From Eledone cirrhosa (lineage: Eukaryota), in contig OZ024741.1 of assembly GCA_964016885.1 (NCBI GenBank), positions 170,500,001-170,564,000 of the forward strand: 64,000 nt of DNA. The letters run 5' to 3'. A model generated the notes under the pieces. It saw nothing but the letters and a program-made list of their open reading frames with translations, did not search any database and was not told where the DNA came from. The position numbers and the translations under genes are program-made. This document shows, one piece after another, positions 43,027 to 56,653 of this stretch. The stretch's first letter is position 1. Every line of letters starts with the position of its first letter.

Positions 43027-43253
43027 CCTTGTCTGGCTTTCTGGAGAATAGAGGAAAGGTGTTTCCTCGAAAACCAGTATGACTCTAAAAACCGGTTTGT
43101 CTGTGTGTTTACATACAGAATAGCTGGGTTACTCACAGTAAAGTAACCAGTGAAAGACTTGTTACATCTACATATGTATACGTGTGTGTATTCATATGCA
43201 TACTAGTATTTCAGTATGCATATGTAGATGTACATTTTTTACTTAATTGTTTA

Positions 43254-43357
<104 letters not shown>

Positions 43358-43401
43358 TATGTATATATGTATATATGTATATATGTATATATATATATGA
43401 A

Positions 43402-43506
<105 letters not shown>

Positions 43507-44076
43507 ATATACAGAGAGAGAGTGTGTGTAAGAGAGGGAGAGAGAGAGAGAGTAACTGAAAGTAAAAGAGATAAATGTTGATTCATCTCATCGATCGAAT
43601 TATCTCCGTTAGTGAACATAAACTAACAATAATTGTATGATGTAACATATTGTCTTTATAACTGAGATTGACAATAAGGCCAATTCCTACACAGATTTCT
43701 ACCCACCTCATAACCACTCACAATCCGCCACACTTTTCACCCTCAGATTAACCTGTGTTTCTCTGCCAGTGTTTTTGTCGTAATTGTTGTTCATTGTGAT
43801 GGTTGTTTGTTGTTAATTAAGTTGGTGTTTGCTTTTGATTCTGATATATTTGCTTGTGTGTTATGTGGAACTTCTAAAGCGTTGCATAAATAAGAGGTGA
43901 ATAAACGAGGTGGGGTGTTATGTAGTGAGATCTGTCTTTCTGTGACAGCATATATATATATATATATATTATATAGTTATGTAATAAGCTCTCTAGCCTA
44001 CATAGAGCACTTTTTTCCTGTACCTTTCCGACGGAATTACTTCATTTATATATATTATATATATTATATATATATA

Positions 44077-44851
44077 TATTGTTATGCTTTGGGAGGGTCA
44101 TGTTGCCAATAAGAAACACACGCACCAGTTGCTTTCACTCCAATTTATTATAAATTCAATTTATAAATTTAAGAATCTATAAATTTCCGGTTTGTTGGTT
44201 GGTTCCATAACCGGACGGTTGTTCATATATTGTCAAAGTTCTTTCGTCACACATCCTGTGACCTCTTCAGTGACTGGGGATTCTTTTCTTTGTTTTGTGC
44301 CTCTCCTTTGTTCTGTCCTACGCCATCTTGTTTGTGTGTGTGTTGTGTGCTTAGTTTGCGCATGTGTTACATCCGGGTGTCTGTGTGTGTTTTTATTTGT
44401 TTATTTATTTGTTTATTTACATGGTACTGGTTGGTTGTTTGTTCTGTGTGTGTGTGTGTGTGTTTTCATTTTGTTCTTAATTATAAGTTGTGATGTTGCT
44501 ATTCCATTCATGTTTTCTATTTAATTTTGGTTGGAGTTCATTTATGTTTATTGACTCTGTGATTTGTCTAAACCTTGCGTCTTTTCTGTGTGTAGATTGT
44601 CTTTTTATTTCTATGTTCTCTAATTTGCCCTTATGTTCTATTTTAGCATGTTGGTGGAGAATTGATGATTCTTGTTTATCTTGAAGTTCTCGCCAGTGTT
44701 CATTTAACCGTTCTCTTATACTACGAGCTGTCTCACCTATGTACACTATATTCTTATCTTTACATTGTCCTTCAGTACATCTTATGCTATATACTACATT
44801 TCTAGGTCTACAGTTAATATGGGGGCTTTGTATACAGATTATGCATTTCAT
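44077..44851 (-). mobile_element. 3' part of a PLE: GIY-YIG with CCHH-like motif, 3' UTR and hammerhead (44232-44274)
   Basis: NVVYSIRCTEGQCKDKNIVYIGETARS..EH..HQHAKIEH..RQITE..LNRKHEW; GTCA-CTGAAGA-G-GTCACA/TGTGAC-GAAAGAACTT-TGAC. Confidence 0.9.
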
Positions 44852-44861
44852 ATCTTGGTTC

Positions 44862-45110
44862 GACCCATAATTGCCGTCAGCGAGACCAGGATTTTCGAAA
44901 CGCGTGCACTAACCCCCATTTTCGACTACTATCAGATCTTTGCATCTGTTAGTTGGTCGGGAATGGGAGGTGGGTTGGCAGTGTTGTTTAGGAAAGGCCT
45001 GGATCTCGAGGTAAGGTCGATCTTCCGAGACCCGGATGGGAAGTTGGTGGTCCTGGACGTGAACAATAACGAAGGTGGTGCCTTTAGACTGGTGGCAATC
45101 TACGCCCCCA
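44862..45110 (+). pseudogene. Tx1-type APE endonuclease fragment
   Basis: IIAVSETR...GGGLAVLFRK...DGKLVVLDV...FRLVAIYAP. Confidence 0.8.
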
Positions 45111-45179
45111 TTTTCCCAATCCAAATTCCATCCCTACATCAATACTGAACACCTAAACTCTCTTTAGTAGTTTTTCCAA

Positions 45180-45880
45180 TTCGCTCTCATTTGTGGCATA
45201 CAGCTTCACGTCATCCGTATAAAACAGATAATTTCTAGTTTTGCTGTCTATTTAGTAGCCGTATTTTGTTTTGTTGAGCACTGAAGACAGAGGTGTGACT
45301 GCAACCCAAATATCCGAGGAGAAAACGAATCACATTGAAAAAATATCACAGTTAATAGTTATGCTGCTGGAATTTATAGTTCTAGCACTCTGATAGATTT
45401 GTATTCCGCATAGACATGTTGAATGTGAATAAGTTTGATATCACTGGGGAAATTTTCAGAACATTCAAAGTTTTCAAATTCCATAAGTGGAGAACATTAT
45501 TATCAAATGTAGTACTCAAACTTCTGTACTTGTTATGACAGTTTTCCAGAATCATTCGATAAATGATAAGCTGGTCTTTGCATCCGTAAGACCTACGGCG
45601 GCAAACTTTCTGTATAATAGGGAAAAGGTGATTTTCGTCCATAAATTTGTAGGTTGTCTCAGTCTAGATTTAGCTGAGAATTTTGTATGATGTGAGAAGC
45701 CAAGTGATAGGGCGATAATTTGGGGGGAATATTTGTTTCTGTCGGTTTTGGCAAGAGTTGTTATACATTTTTAGGGGTTTTCTCAGGATTGTGCATGAAT
45801 TCGTTATAGCGTTTTACCAACATATCATGGGTAGCAGTTAGAGACGATAACCAGAAGTTTGGCACTTTATCAATGCCAGG
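45180..45880 (-). pseudogene. R4/Dong-type RT fragment
   Basis: YRPIT and ENHLFPIIQKVCRRRSYGCKDQLII motifs on the minus strand. Confidence 0.7.
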
Positions 45881-45882
45881 AT

Positions 45883-46235
45883 ATTGGCAGTACCGGTAGA
45901 CGATCGGACACCATGCGTTGCAGCATAGAGTTACGCCCCATTACGGTCTGAGTTCAAATCCCCCCGAGGAGAACTTGGCCTTTTATCCAACGGGGTCGAT
46001 AAAATAAAGTACCAGTAATGCACTGGGATTATTGCTGGCCTTGTGTCAAAAGAAGAAACAATTATAAATGCAGCATAGAGTTATGGCCTTTTAGGTTCTG
46101 AATTCAAGTCCCGCTAAGGTTCGCTTTGCCTTTATCCTTACGGGGTCAATAAAATAAAGCACCAGTAATGCACTGGTGTCGACATTCCCCTCTCCCCAAA
46201 TTGCTGGCCTTGTGCCTATAGTACAAACAATTATT
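45883..46235 (+). mobile_element. Two tandem SINE copies
   Basis: Family body at about 45883-46065 and 46068-46235. Confidence 0.85.
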
Positions 46236-47080
46236 ACACTCAGTATGGTCAAATACTTGAATTCATTTATTTATTTACTTAATTGGTGGCGTGATTTTTG
46301 CAGCTACTGTAGGTGGATTAGTGATGATTGCCATTAAAGATGTTTTGACCCGAGACGGTGGTCATCGTAGCATGACACAAATACCAAACATTACGTAACT
46401 CTATAGTCCCACGCTAAGTGGTAATTGGTTTCATTTTCTGTTTATGAATGACCCACTACCTGACAAAAACCGCATTATGAATGTCCAGTTGACAACGGAG
46501 GTCCTTACACACCCATATCAACACGCACGTGCACACATATATAAACACCCAAATTAAAAATACAGGAACGTATGAATAAACACACATACATACACAGATG
46601 AAATTATGTATATAAACGCACCCGAGTAGCCCTGCCTATGTCCTTAAACACTTATTTACGCGCACATACACGAAAAGGAATGGGGTCAATGTTTATATAT
46701 ACCCATCATCACAAAGTCACAATAAACACTGTAATTTTTGTTGAATCGTCACTCTGAACAGAGCCGGGTTCATGATTTATATGGATGGCTCTGAGCCAAT
46801 CATCTGCGAAACGGGCGAAACATTTTGATGCACCTAAAAAAACAAACTAACTATATCTTGCGTTTAGATATCTTGTTTTTGAGTGTGGAACGGTCAAACA
46901 TTTATTTACTTCAATGACAAAGAGAACTTATGACATTTCATACGAAACAACAATTATTCAAAAGCAACAGATACATGTATTCAACAACAACAAAAATAGC
47001 GATAAATCTTTTTTAAAACATCTATCCACGAACGTGGAAGAAAGAAGTATCAGTTCATTTACTATACACAATAATATCCT

Positions 47081-47255
47081 CTATGAGGTCACTAAACCTG
47101 CTAGAAACAGCAGCTAACTCTCCCCCATATCACATCACTCCCTACTGTCTTAAATTTAGAAAGCATATCTTCTATGAGGTCACTAAACCTACTAGAAACA
47201 GCAGCTAACTCTCCCCCATATCACACCCCTCCCTACAGTCTTAAATTTAGAAAAC
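47081..47255 (+). repeat. Tandem duplication, about 91-bp period
   Basis: CTATGAGGTCACTAAACCT.CTAGAAACAGCAGCTAACTCTCCCC x2. Confidence 0.85.
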
Positions 47256-48487
47256 ACACATTAGACAACCATGCAGAACAACTCCATCGCAGCTCTGTTG
47301 TTCGGCTGGCATCGTCTACGCGCGTTTTACGCAAGTACTGTGAAACAATAAATTTCAACACTTCTTTGCACAGAGATAATATCCATAGGCGAGACTACAA
47401 TTGTCACTGCTGGCGCAGCTCCTGCTTTGGCAGTCCAGGTCTGCAATTCATTCACCCAGTGCCTGGCAGACAAAACAATGCTGCCATAAAATGGGTGGTG
47501 CAACCTAACTTTGGTAACTTACTGACCCAGAGCAACACCGGGATTTAATGCTAGTATATATATATATATATAAACTATAATAAAGGAAGGTCTGCGGGAC
47601 TGCGTACGGTTTATTTTTTTTATCTCGTTAGTAAAATAAGTTGGATTAATTTGAATAAATAATTGTTTCTACGTTTGGCACAAGGCCAGCAATTACCCAG
47701 TGCATACTGGTACTTTATTTTATCGATAAATAATGAATGAATATTTCATAATTTATCTACTAAATTTCGTAAACAAAAATAATTTCGTAAAAATAAATAA
47801 TTTAAAATTGATTTCTTTTCAAAGTGGCATTTCCGGTATATCGTTGCGACCACCACCACTTCAACTACCATATATATAGAAAGAGAGAGTGTTTGATGTC
47901 AACACTTCCGGTGGCGATCACTTAAATAAATATACTAATATTCTGTCACTAACTTTCTCCTAATGCAGTTTATATATAATATCGTCTTTTTTTAATGTAT
48001 CATGAATTACCTTACTGATTACATAAGACAGTGTAACAACGTCTTCGTTCAATTTCTGTTTATATTGTCAATTACGATTTTATTTGATGTATCATATTTA
48101 CATGTATATATACTTGCGTATAATATCAATATACACACTACACATGCTAGCAGAAAACCACCCGGTGGGTGGTTTTTCTGCTAGTATATATAATTGGTGT
48201 TGGATGCTTAAAGCGTCCGTATGCGGTAGTCAGTATGAGAACTCGATGCTCTCATAGAGCAGAGTATGATATCACAGAAAAAAGAGAGAATCAGTGTTGT
48301 GACGAATGGAATTTATTCTACGAAGCAGATTTTCCTTCGTAGAATCAAGACGTGTCTGAGGACCTTGCGATTTTCAGATTCAGGTTCGATTAACAAATCG
48401 ATCGTGCCTCGAGCTGGTTGCCAGAGAAACGATTGTAATATGTCCAATAAATTCCATTCGTCGCAACACTGATGCTCTTTTTTTCTT

Positions 48488-48578
<91 letters not shown>

Positions 48579-48740
48579 TTTGATGTGGTTTTTGTTGTAG
48601 TGACACTGGTCTGAGGATCAGGTAGGCTTGGAGTCTGGTATGGGATGACTCCCAGATCACGAGCCGGCAAACTGAGAAACATTTTTAACCGCGTTGAACA
48701 TTAATTCTTATATGTAACACATGCACATTGTTCTTCTTAT

Positions 48741-48786
<46 letters not shown>

Positions 48787-49445
48787 TACTCTTTTACCTG
48801 AACCAGCCATCCGGCTGAGCCCATGCTGAAGCTCTATATATTGGGTCAAAAACTCAGATTAGTCCCTTATAATCAAAATAGCCCAAGGAAAGAAATGTCT
48901 AAGCCTTGATCATGAACTTTGGTTTTATCTTAAAGAAATTAATACTTCCTATATGATCATTCATTCATTTCGTTAAATTCTTATCTGGATTAGTTCGCAA
49001 TGTTGTCTATTGATTTTATCGCATTATTTAACTTTGCCCACGGGGTCGATAAAATAAAGTACCAGTAATGTACTGGGATAATTGCTGGCCTTGTGCCAAA
49101 AGTAGAAACAATTATTTAACTTTGCCCAATATTTATCATGTAGCATAATGTCTAATTATTATTTCACTCTCTCTCATTTTGTTTTCTCTTTCTTTTTGCA
49201 TACAATAACATACCAGTATTCAATTAGAGCTCAATGTGTGATGTGTAAATGATTGAAGGCAAGAACAGAGAAACCGAGTATAAATATTATATTTCTTTCT
49301 TAGTGCCGTTCCATAAAATCGCTTCCAAAATGTACTATATACGACTAGCGTAGTTGTCTCAAGAGAGAGGGTGGGAGATGGAAATGGTGAGAAAGAGGGA
49401 GGGAGTGAGAGGGAAAGGATGAGAGAGAGAGAGGGAGAGAGAGAG

Positions 49446-49505
<60 letters not shown>

Positions 49506-50420
49506 GAACAAACAAGAGAAAATGTATCCAATACATAGTGTTAAGTATAAATATTTTATTCAGCTTAAGTCGTGTGACGCTACTTAGAATTTACGTTTAG
49601 AGACTCGTTCCAATGGCAGCTTGGAGTTTTGTAATGAAATTATATTTTGTCGAAAATGGCGTCGAGGATTTTAGCATTTCATTGGTTAAGGCCACCTACG
49701 TAAGTCATTCACTAAGGGCGGTCATACTCAGAGAGACTTTTGTGTGTATGTGTCAGTCTTCGTGTCAGTGCATATTGGTTTCAACCGAAGACAAACTGTT
49801 TTTTTTATAGCAAAACAATAATTTAGCTTTTCAACTGTGATCGACAACATATTATTTCTACGCAACAGGGAATGGTATTAACGACTAAAACACTCAAAAG
49901 TGTTGCTACAGCATAGCTGCAGTTCAATGTCTGAGACCCGTAAAATAACCAGCGTGAGTAAAATAAGAAAATGCATTCAACTGAAAGCCCCGCCCTTGCA
50001 GTAGAACTGTATTAATCAATCAAATACTGCAATTTAAGGAGCGCAGTCATTTCCTAATTATGAATTATCACCACATGGCATATATAAACACACACACACA
50101 TATATATGTATATATATATATAACGAAGGAAATGTGGTAAAGAACCAGATGGACCATAACGCACCAAAGTACTCAATACTTAGGGTAGTAGAGTAGGTAA
50201 TAATATATATATCTATATATATATATATATGTAAATCGTAAACAGAAATAACAACACTATCGGTACAGTATATGGAAGGTTGGTTAACTTTGCCTTTCAT
50301 CCTTATGGGGTCGATAAAATAATGTACCAGTAATGTACTGGGTAATTGCTGGCCTTGTGCCAAAAGTAGAAACAGTTATTAGGTTATATATTAGGTTAAC
50401 GTTTGATATAGCAGGAAGAG

Positions 50421-50481
<61 letters not shown>

Positions 50482-50572
50482 CGAAGGAAATGTGGTAAGG
50501 AACCAGGTGGACCATAACGCACCTAAGTACTCAATACTTGAGGTAGTAGAGTGGGTAATAGGAACCAGTAAG

Positions 50573-50666
50573 ACCCCGACAGCTGAGCTCAAGCCGTTTC
50601 GACGGCTAATTCTGGACTAAATGAAAATTTATCCTGGTATTTAAATAGCCGATCTTCTCAAGGGGT
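50573..50666 (-). ncRNA. Type I hammerhead, U3-A8 core variant (inverted pLTR copy)
   Basis: Reverse complement of 53974-54067. Confidence 0.85.
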
Positions 50667-51051
50667 AATTCCATATATGGTCAAAGTGATTGTCAAAAAT
50701 CAGTAGTAATTCTGTGGTTGCAAATTAGTAGGGGAGATGGTGGCTAAACCTGCCAGTAGGAGAAAGAGGGGAGGGGGTGGAGTAGCCCCAATCAAGCGTT
50801 TGTAGTGCCAGCTACAGTTGGGCATGAGGTCAAAGAAGATACAGGGGAGGGGGGGGGGGAGTCGGAACGGTAGGTAGAACAATGGGGGGTAGAAATATAT
50901 AGGAAAGAAAAAATACTGAGAGTGAAGAAAAGCAAATAAGTGTAAAGAAAAACAAAAGAGTATAAAGAAAGAAGTAAAGTAAATTAAATTCTACGACCTA
51001 GGTCTCTAGCTATTGTTAGTCTAGAATAAATAAATAAAGAAAGAAAGAAAG

Positions 51052-52848
51052 ATACACACACTGATCAGATACCACACACTGATCAGGAGCAGCCTAAACA
51101 CCACCTATAAAAAGGCCAACCACTCTTGCATCGAGGACATAAATCGAGATGGACAACTAATCACCTCCAGCCTCGGGGTCGCCGGCCGCACGGAACCTCT
51201 AGACCCACGGACACCATACTTCACACTGAAGGACCATAAATCCGATTTTGACCGTAAACCCTCTATCAGGCTTATTAACCCAACGAAGTCCGACATAGGG
51301 AGAATCAGCAAAAAAATCCTAGACCGCGTGATACCAAAAGTCAAGCAACACACCCGACTTAGCCTATGGATCATCACCCAGGAAGTAATCTCCTGGTTCA
51401 GCAATATGGAGGATAAACGAGAAACTAAATTCATACAGTTCGACATAGAGAGCTACTATGCTTCAATCACCTTACCGCTACTTACTGCCGCCTTGGACTT
51501 CGCCGAAACACTTGTGCCCATCACCGACCAGGAAAGAAAAATCATCCTCCACGCCAGGAAGACAGTCTTACTCTTTGACGACTCTAAATGGATAAAAAGA
51601 GCTCCCGACTCACCCTTCGACGTCAGCATGGGCGCCACGGATTCGGCGGAGGTCTCAGATCTTATAGGATTATTCCTAATAGCCAAACTCACTGATATGT
51701 TTCCTGCATTCGGTGGTGGATTGTACCGTGATGATGGGCTCCTTACCCTTAAAGGGTACAACCCCAGTAGTACAGATCGGGTCCGGAAACAATTAATCAG
51801 ATTCTTCCGCGACTGGGGATTTAAAATAACCCTACAAACGTCCCTGACCAGAGTAAACTTCCTGGACGTGACCCTCAACCTCGAAAACGACCTGTACTAC
51901 CCATACAGGAAACCTAATTACAATCTGCACTACATCCACCGCCGATCAAACCATCCTAGGAACATCACAAACAACCTGGTCAAAAACATCTCCCTCCGCA
52001 TATCCCGTTTGTCAGCTAATGAGCGGATATTCGATGAACATGCGCCTTATTACAACCAGGCCCTCAAGCGGAGTGGTTTCCGGGAGGAAATATCCTACTG
52101 TCCAGCTCCCATTAGCGGAACCAGCAGGAGACACCGCCGCTCACGCAATGTAACATGGTTCAATCCTCCCCACAACGCAGAGGTGACAACTCCCATCGGG
52201 AAACTATTCTTTAGGCTCATTGAAAAACACTTCCCATTACAACACCGCTACCACAACATAATTAACAAAAATACCATCAAACTCTCTTACAGCACTACAC
52301 CAAACTTCGCACAAAACATCGTCTCCTCTAACAACAAAAAACTCAACCCCGATGGCAAAAATAACCTAAATAGCAGTGGAGAACCGACCAGGAGGTGTAA
52401 CTGCCCGGATAGATCTATTTGCCCACTCGACAATAGATGCAGAGACCGTAATGTGATCTACCAGTGCAACGTGAGGACGGATACCTCCAACAAAGCCTAT
52501 ATAGGACTTACCGCTTGTGACTTCAAGACCCGGCTATACCAACATAGACATACCTTCCGAAACCCGGCCCGGCGTCACGCCACTACACTTTCGGGCCACA
52601 TATGGGACCTCAAGGACAACAACATCACCTATGATCTCACTTGGAGATTACTGTCCAGAGCCAATTCTTACACGGGAGGACGCCGTCCGTGCAATTTATG
52701 CTCGGAGGAAACTTTACAAATGCTGTTTTCGACGGACCAACTCCTAAACAAAAAAGATGAACTGGTTACTGCATGTAAACATAGATTGCGTAGGACTTAC
52801 CTCGCCCTCAAACCCCATAATGACCCGGGGGGTAGACTAGGGCTATAA
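51052..52848 (+). CDS. PLE reverse transcriptase + GIY-YIG endonuclease; uninterrupted frame, 5'-truncated at the inversion junction
   Basis: The frame continues upstream of the called ORF (TLKDHK..RLINPTKS). Motifs FDIESYY, MGATDSAE, LYRDDGL, FLDVTL, WFNPP, CNC..CPL..C, VIY..YIG..R..H, CNLC..E. Confidence 0.9.
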   Translation: MHTLIRYHTLIRSSLNTTYKKANHSCIEDINRDGQLITSSLGVAGRTEPLDPRTPYFTLKDHKSDFDRKPSIRLINPTKSDIGRISKKILDRVIPKVKQHTRLSLWIITQEVISWFSNMEDKRETKFIQFDIESYYASITLPLLTAALDFAETLVPITDQERKIILHARKTVLLFDDSKWIKRAPDSPFDVSMGATDSAEVSDLIGLFLIAKLTDMFPAFGGGLYRDDGLLTLKGYNPSSTDRVRKQLIRFFRDWGFKITLQTSLTRVNFLDVTLNLENDLYYPYRKPNYNLHYIHRRSNHPRNITNNLVKNISLRISRLSANERIFDEHAPYYNQALKRSGFREEISYCPAPISGTSRRHRRSRNVTWFNPPHNAEVTTPIGKLFFRLIEKHFPLQHRYHNIINKNTIKLSYSTTPNFAQNIVSSNNKKLNPDGKNNLNSSGEPTRRCNCPDRSICPLDNRCRDRNVIYQCNVRTDTSNKAYIGLTACDFKTRLYQHRHTFRNPARRHATTLSGHIWDLKDNNITYDLTWRLLSRANSYTGGRRPCNLCSEETLQMLFSTDQLLNKKDELVTACKHRLRRTYLALKPHNDPGGRLGL

Positions 52849-53973
52849 CACCCCACTTGCCGATTTTGCAATGGGTAACCCCTGCTTGCCAAGGGAGACG
52901 TAAGATCTTCTTTGTATTCTTTTATCGCTTCCTTTATTTCCTTCCTTCCCCCCTCTCTCCTTAGTCCTTCTACCCCAGCTCCTCTCCTTTGTCGGCGTCT
53001 TTTCTCGCCCACCCGAGGCTGCCCTTTGGCCCCTTGTAGCCTTAGTACCCCCACCCCCTCCCCTAGTCTAGGATAGATTTGGCGGACTCCGCCCTTTATA
53101 GCAGTTGGTTTAGACCCCGGATACTTGTCCCCTTTTTCCGACCGCTCCCACTATTCTCTGTGCCCTCTATATTTCTTAGTGGCACTTATGCCTTATTTTT
53201 TCGTTTCAGTATTTCTTTCTTCGCTTTTCTTTTGGGCGGGGTGGATTCTGAATTTATTCTTCCGTATTCTACCTTTACTTCGTACGAACTTTCATGTAGC
53301 TTGTTTTAGATCTTTTAGAGTTAGCATTAGTATATATTTTTCTCGGGACTCAGAATTATTATCTCGTATTAGTTCACTTTGCTGCACTGGGTGGTTGCTG
53401 GAATTGTGCCCGGGATGGAAACCTTTATTGTTTATTTCGTGGTAGTCTCTTTAGTATTTTGGCCCCTTTTGTTGACCCGTCACCGTATCATTTACGTACT
53501 TATACCTCTTAAAAGGGTCCTCGCCTATCCGTCCCACCTAGTTCTTTTACTTATTTCGTTATTTCTTTATTTCTTTCTTTACTTCTTTCTTTCTTTCTTT
53601 ATTTATTTATTCTAGACTAACAATAGCTAGAGACCTAGGTCGTAGAATTTAATTTACTTTACTTCTTTCTTTACACTCTTTTGTTTTTCTTTACACTTAT
53701 TTGCTTTTCTTCACTCTCAGTATTTTTTCTTTCCTATATATTTCTACCCCCCATTGTTCTACCTACCGTTCCGACTTCCTCCCCCTCCCCCTCCCCTGTA
53801 TCTTCTTTGACCTCATGCCCAACTGTAGCTGGCACTACAAACGCTTGATTGGGGCTACTCCACCCCCTCCCCTCTTTCTCCTACTGGCAGGTTTAGCCAC
53901 CATCTCCCCTACTAATTTGCAACCACAGAATTACTACTGATTTTTTACAATCACTTTGACCATATATGGAATT

Positions 53974-54067
53974 ACCCCTTGAGAAGATCGGCTATTTAAA
54001 TACCAGGATAAATTTTCATTTAGTCCAGAATTAGCCGTCGAAACGGCTTGAGCTCAGCTGTCGGGGT
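53974..54067 (+). ncRNA. Type I hammerhead, U3-A8 core variant (GUC site after 54062)
   Basis: ACCCC-TTGAGAA-GA(T)CGGCTA..TAGCCGTC-GAA-ACGGCT..AGCTGT-C-GGGGT. Confidence 0.85.
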
Positions 54068-54077
54068 CTTACTGGTT

Positions 54078-54171
<94 letters not shown>

Positions 54172-54481
54172 TATATTTTTATATCTGCATATCTGTTTGA
54201 CCCGAAATAGGAGATCGAATCTTCGCTGTGTGGATGATTAGTTTAACCACCATCTCAGTGTGTTTGGCCTTTAACGTAAGTTGTAAGCTCTAATTCATTT
54301 GAATTATTGAGCGCTTGCCTCACAATTCGAAAGTGTTTTCTCGTTATTTCATGGGCTGAAATTCGATTCTCGCTAATTTTTACTTATATATATATCACGA
54401 TAAATTAACGGAGGCATAGGCCTTCGCTATTCCCTGTAAATAATGTGCTCAAATAATGTGCTCTTTAAAATACAATATGTT

Positions 54482-54564
<83 letters not shown>

Positions 54565-54670
54565 CAGTGCGTTATCAATAAAACGGAAAAAACCCACCAG
54601 TGCATGGAATCTATAAACTATGAAAGGCAGACTATAGACACGCTAATTAAAAATATAAGTTCATATATTT

Positions 54671-55556
<886 letters not shown>

Positions 55557-55740
55557 AATATATATATATAATTGAAAAAGTGAAGAATAACATGGTCAAC
55601 AGTACAACAAAGGGGGATTTATTTACAGTCTAACAATTGTTTCTCTGATTAAGTCAAACAACACCGCAGGCTAAAACTATTCATAATAAAAAGTATTCAC
55701 CACCTCTAACTGGATTACCTATAACGATATTTTGTTATCC

Positions 55741-55789
<49 letters not shown>

Positions 55790-55791
<2 letters not shown>

Positions 55792-55992
55792 CGAAGGAAA
55801 TGAGGTATGTGGTAAGGAACCAGATGGACCATAACGCACCAAAGTACTCAATACTTAGGGTAGTAGAGTGGGTAATAGGAACGAGTAGGACCCCGACGGC
55901 TGAGCTCAAGCCGTTTCGACGGCTAATTCTGGTCTCAGAATTAGTCGTCGAAACGGCTTGAGCTCAGCCGTCGGGGTGCTACTCGTTCCTAT
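55790..55992. mobile_element. Short hairpin insertion of the 50480-54081 PLE family end
   Basis: Tail-bearing arm plus an inverted arm ending at GTTCCTAT-(TA)n. Similar insertions at 2998-3035, 40622-40777, 58227-58424; fragments at 38538-38595 and 50121-50200. Confidence 0.85.
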
Positions 55993-56010
55993 ATATATAT
56001 ATATATATAT

Positions 56011-56583
56011 ATTTCGTTTCTGAATTTGTTTAGCAAGATTCTTTATCTGAAATCGTGTGTTGAAACCGATATTGTTATACTTTGGGAGGGTCATGTTGCC
56101 AATAAGAAACACACGCACCAGTTGCTTTCACTTCAATTTAATTTAATATATATTTATAAATTTACAAATTTATAAATTTCTGGTTGGTTGGTTGGTTCCA
56201 CAACCAGATAGTTGTTTATATATATATAGTCATAGTTCTTTCGTCACACACTCTGTGACCTCTTCAGTGACTGGGGATTTCTTTCTTCGTTTCTGTGCCT
56301 TTCCTTTGTTCTATCCTACGCCATTTTTTCAAAAAATGGCGTAGGATAGAAGAAAGGAAAGGCACAGAAACGAAGAAAGAAATCCCCAGTCACTGAAGAG
56401 GTCACAGAGTGTGTGACGAAAGAACTATGACTATATATATATAAACAACTATCTGGTTGTGGAACCAACCAACCAACCAGAAATTTATAAATTTGTAAAT
56501 TTATAAATATATATTAAATTAAATTGAAGTGAAAGCAACTGGTGCGTGTGTTTCTTATTGGCAACATGACCCTCCCAAAGTAT

Positions 56584-56592
<9 letters not shown>
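56011..56592. mobile_element. Near-perfect hairpin of PLE pLTR (about 260-bp arms) with hammerheads at 56228-56272 (-) and 56388-56432 (+)
   Basis: Centre at 56330; AGTCA-CTGAAGA-G-GTCACA/TGTGAC-GAAAGAACTA-TGACT. Confidence 0.9.

Positions 56593-56653
<61 letters not shown>

Larger units (their letters stand above)
42511..43253 (+). mobile_element. Retrozyme-like element: 467-nt monomer (1.6 units) with two identical hammerheads, embedded in long (TA)n
   Basis: 42511-42786 recurs at 42978-43253; no real ORF; many hairpins. Confidence 0.85.
50480..54081 (+). mobile_element. Penelope-like retroelement with inverted pseudo-LTRs, inserted in (TA)n
   Basis: 50560-51050 is a near-perfect reverse complement of 53589-54081. 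RT-GIY-YIG frame between the arms; (TA)n on both sides. Confidence 0.95.
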
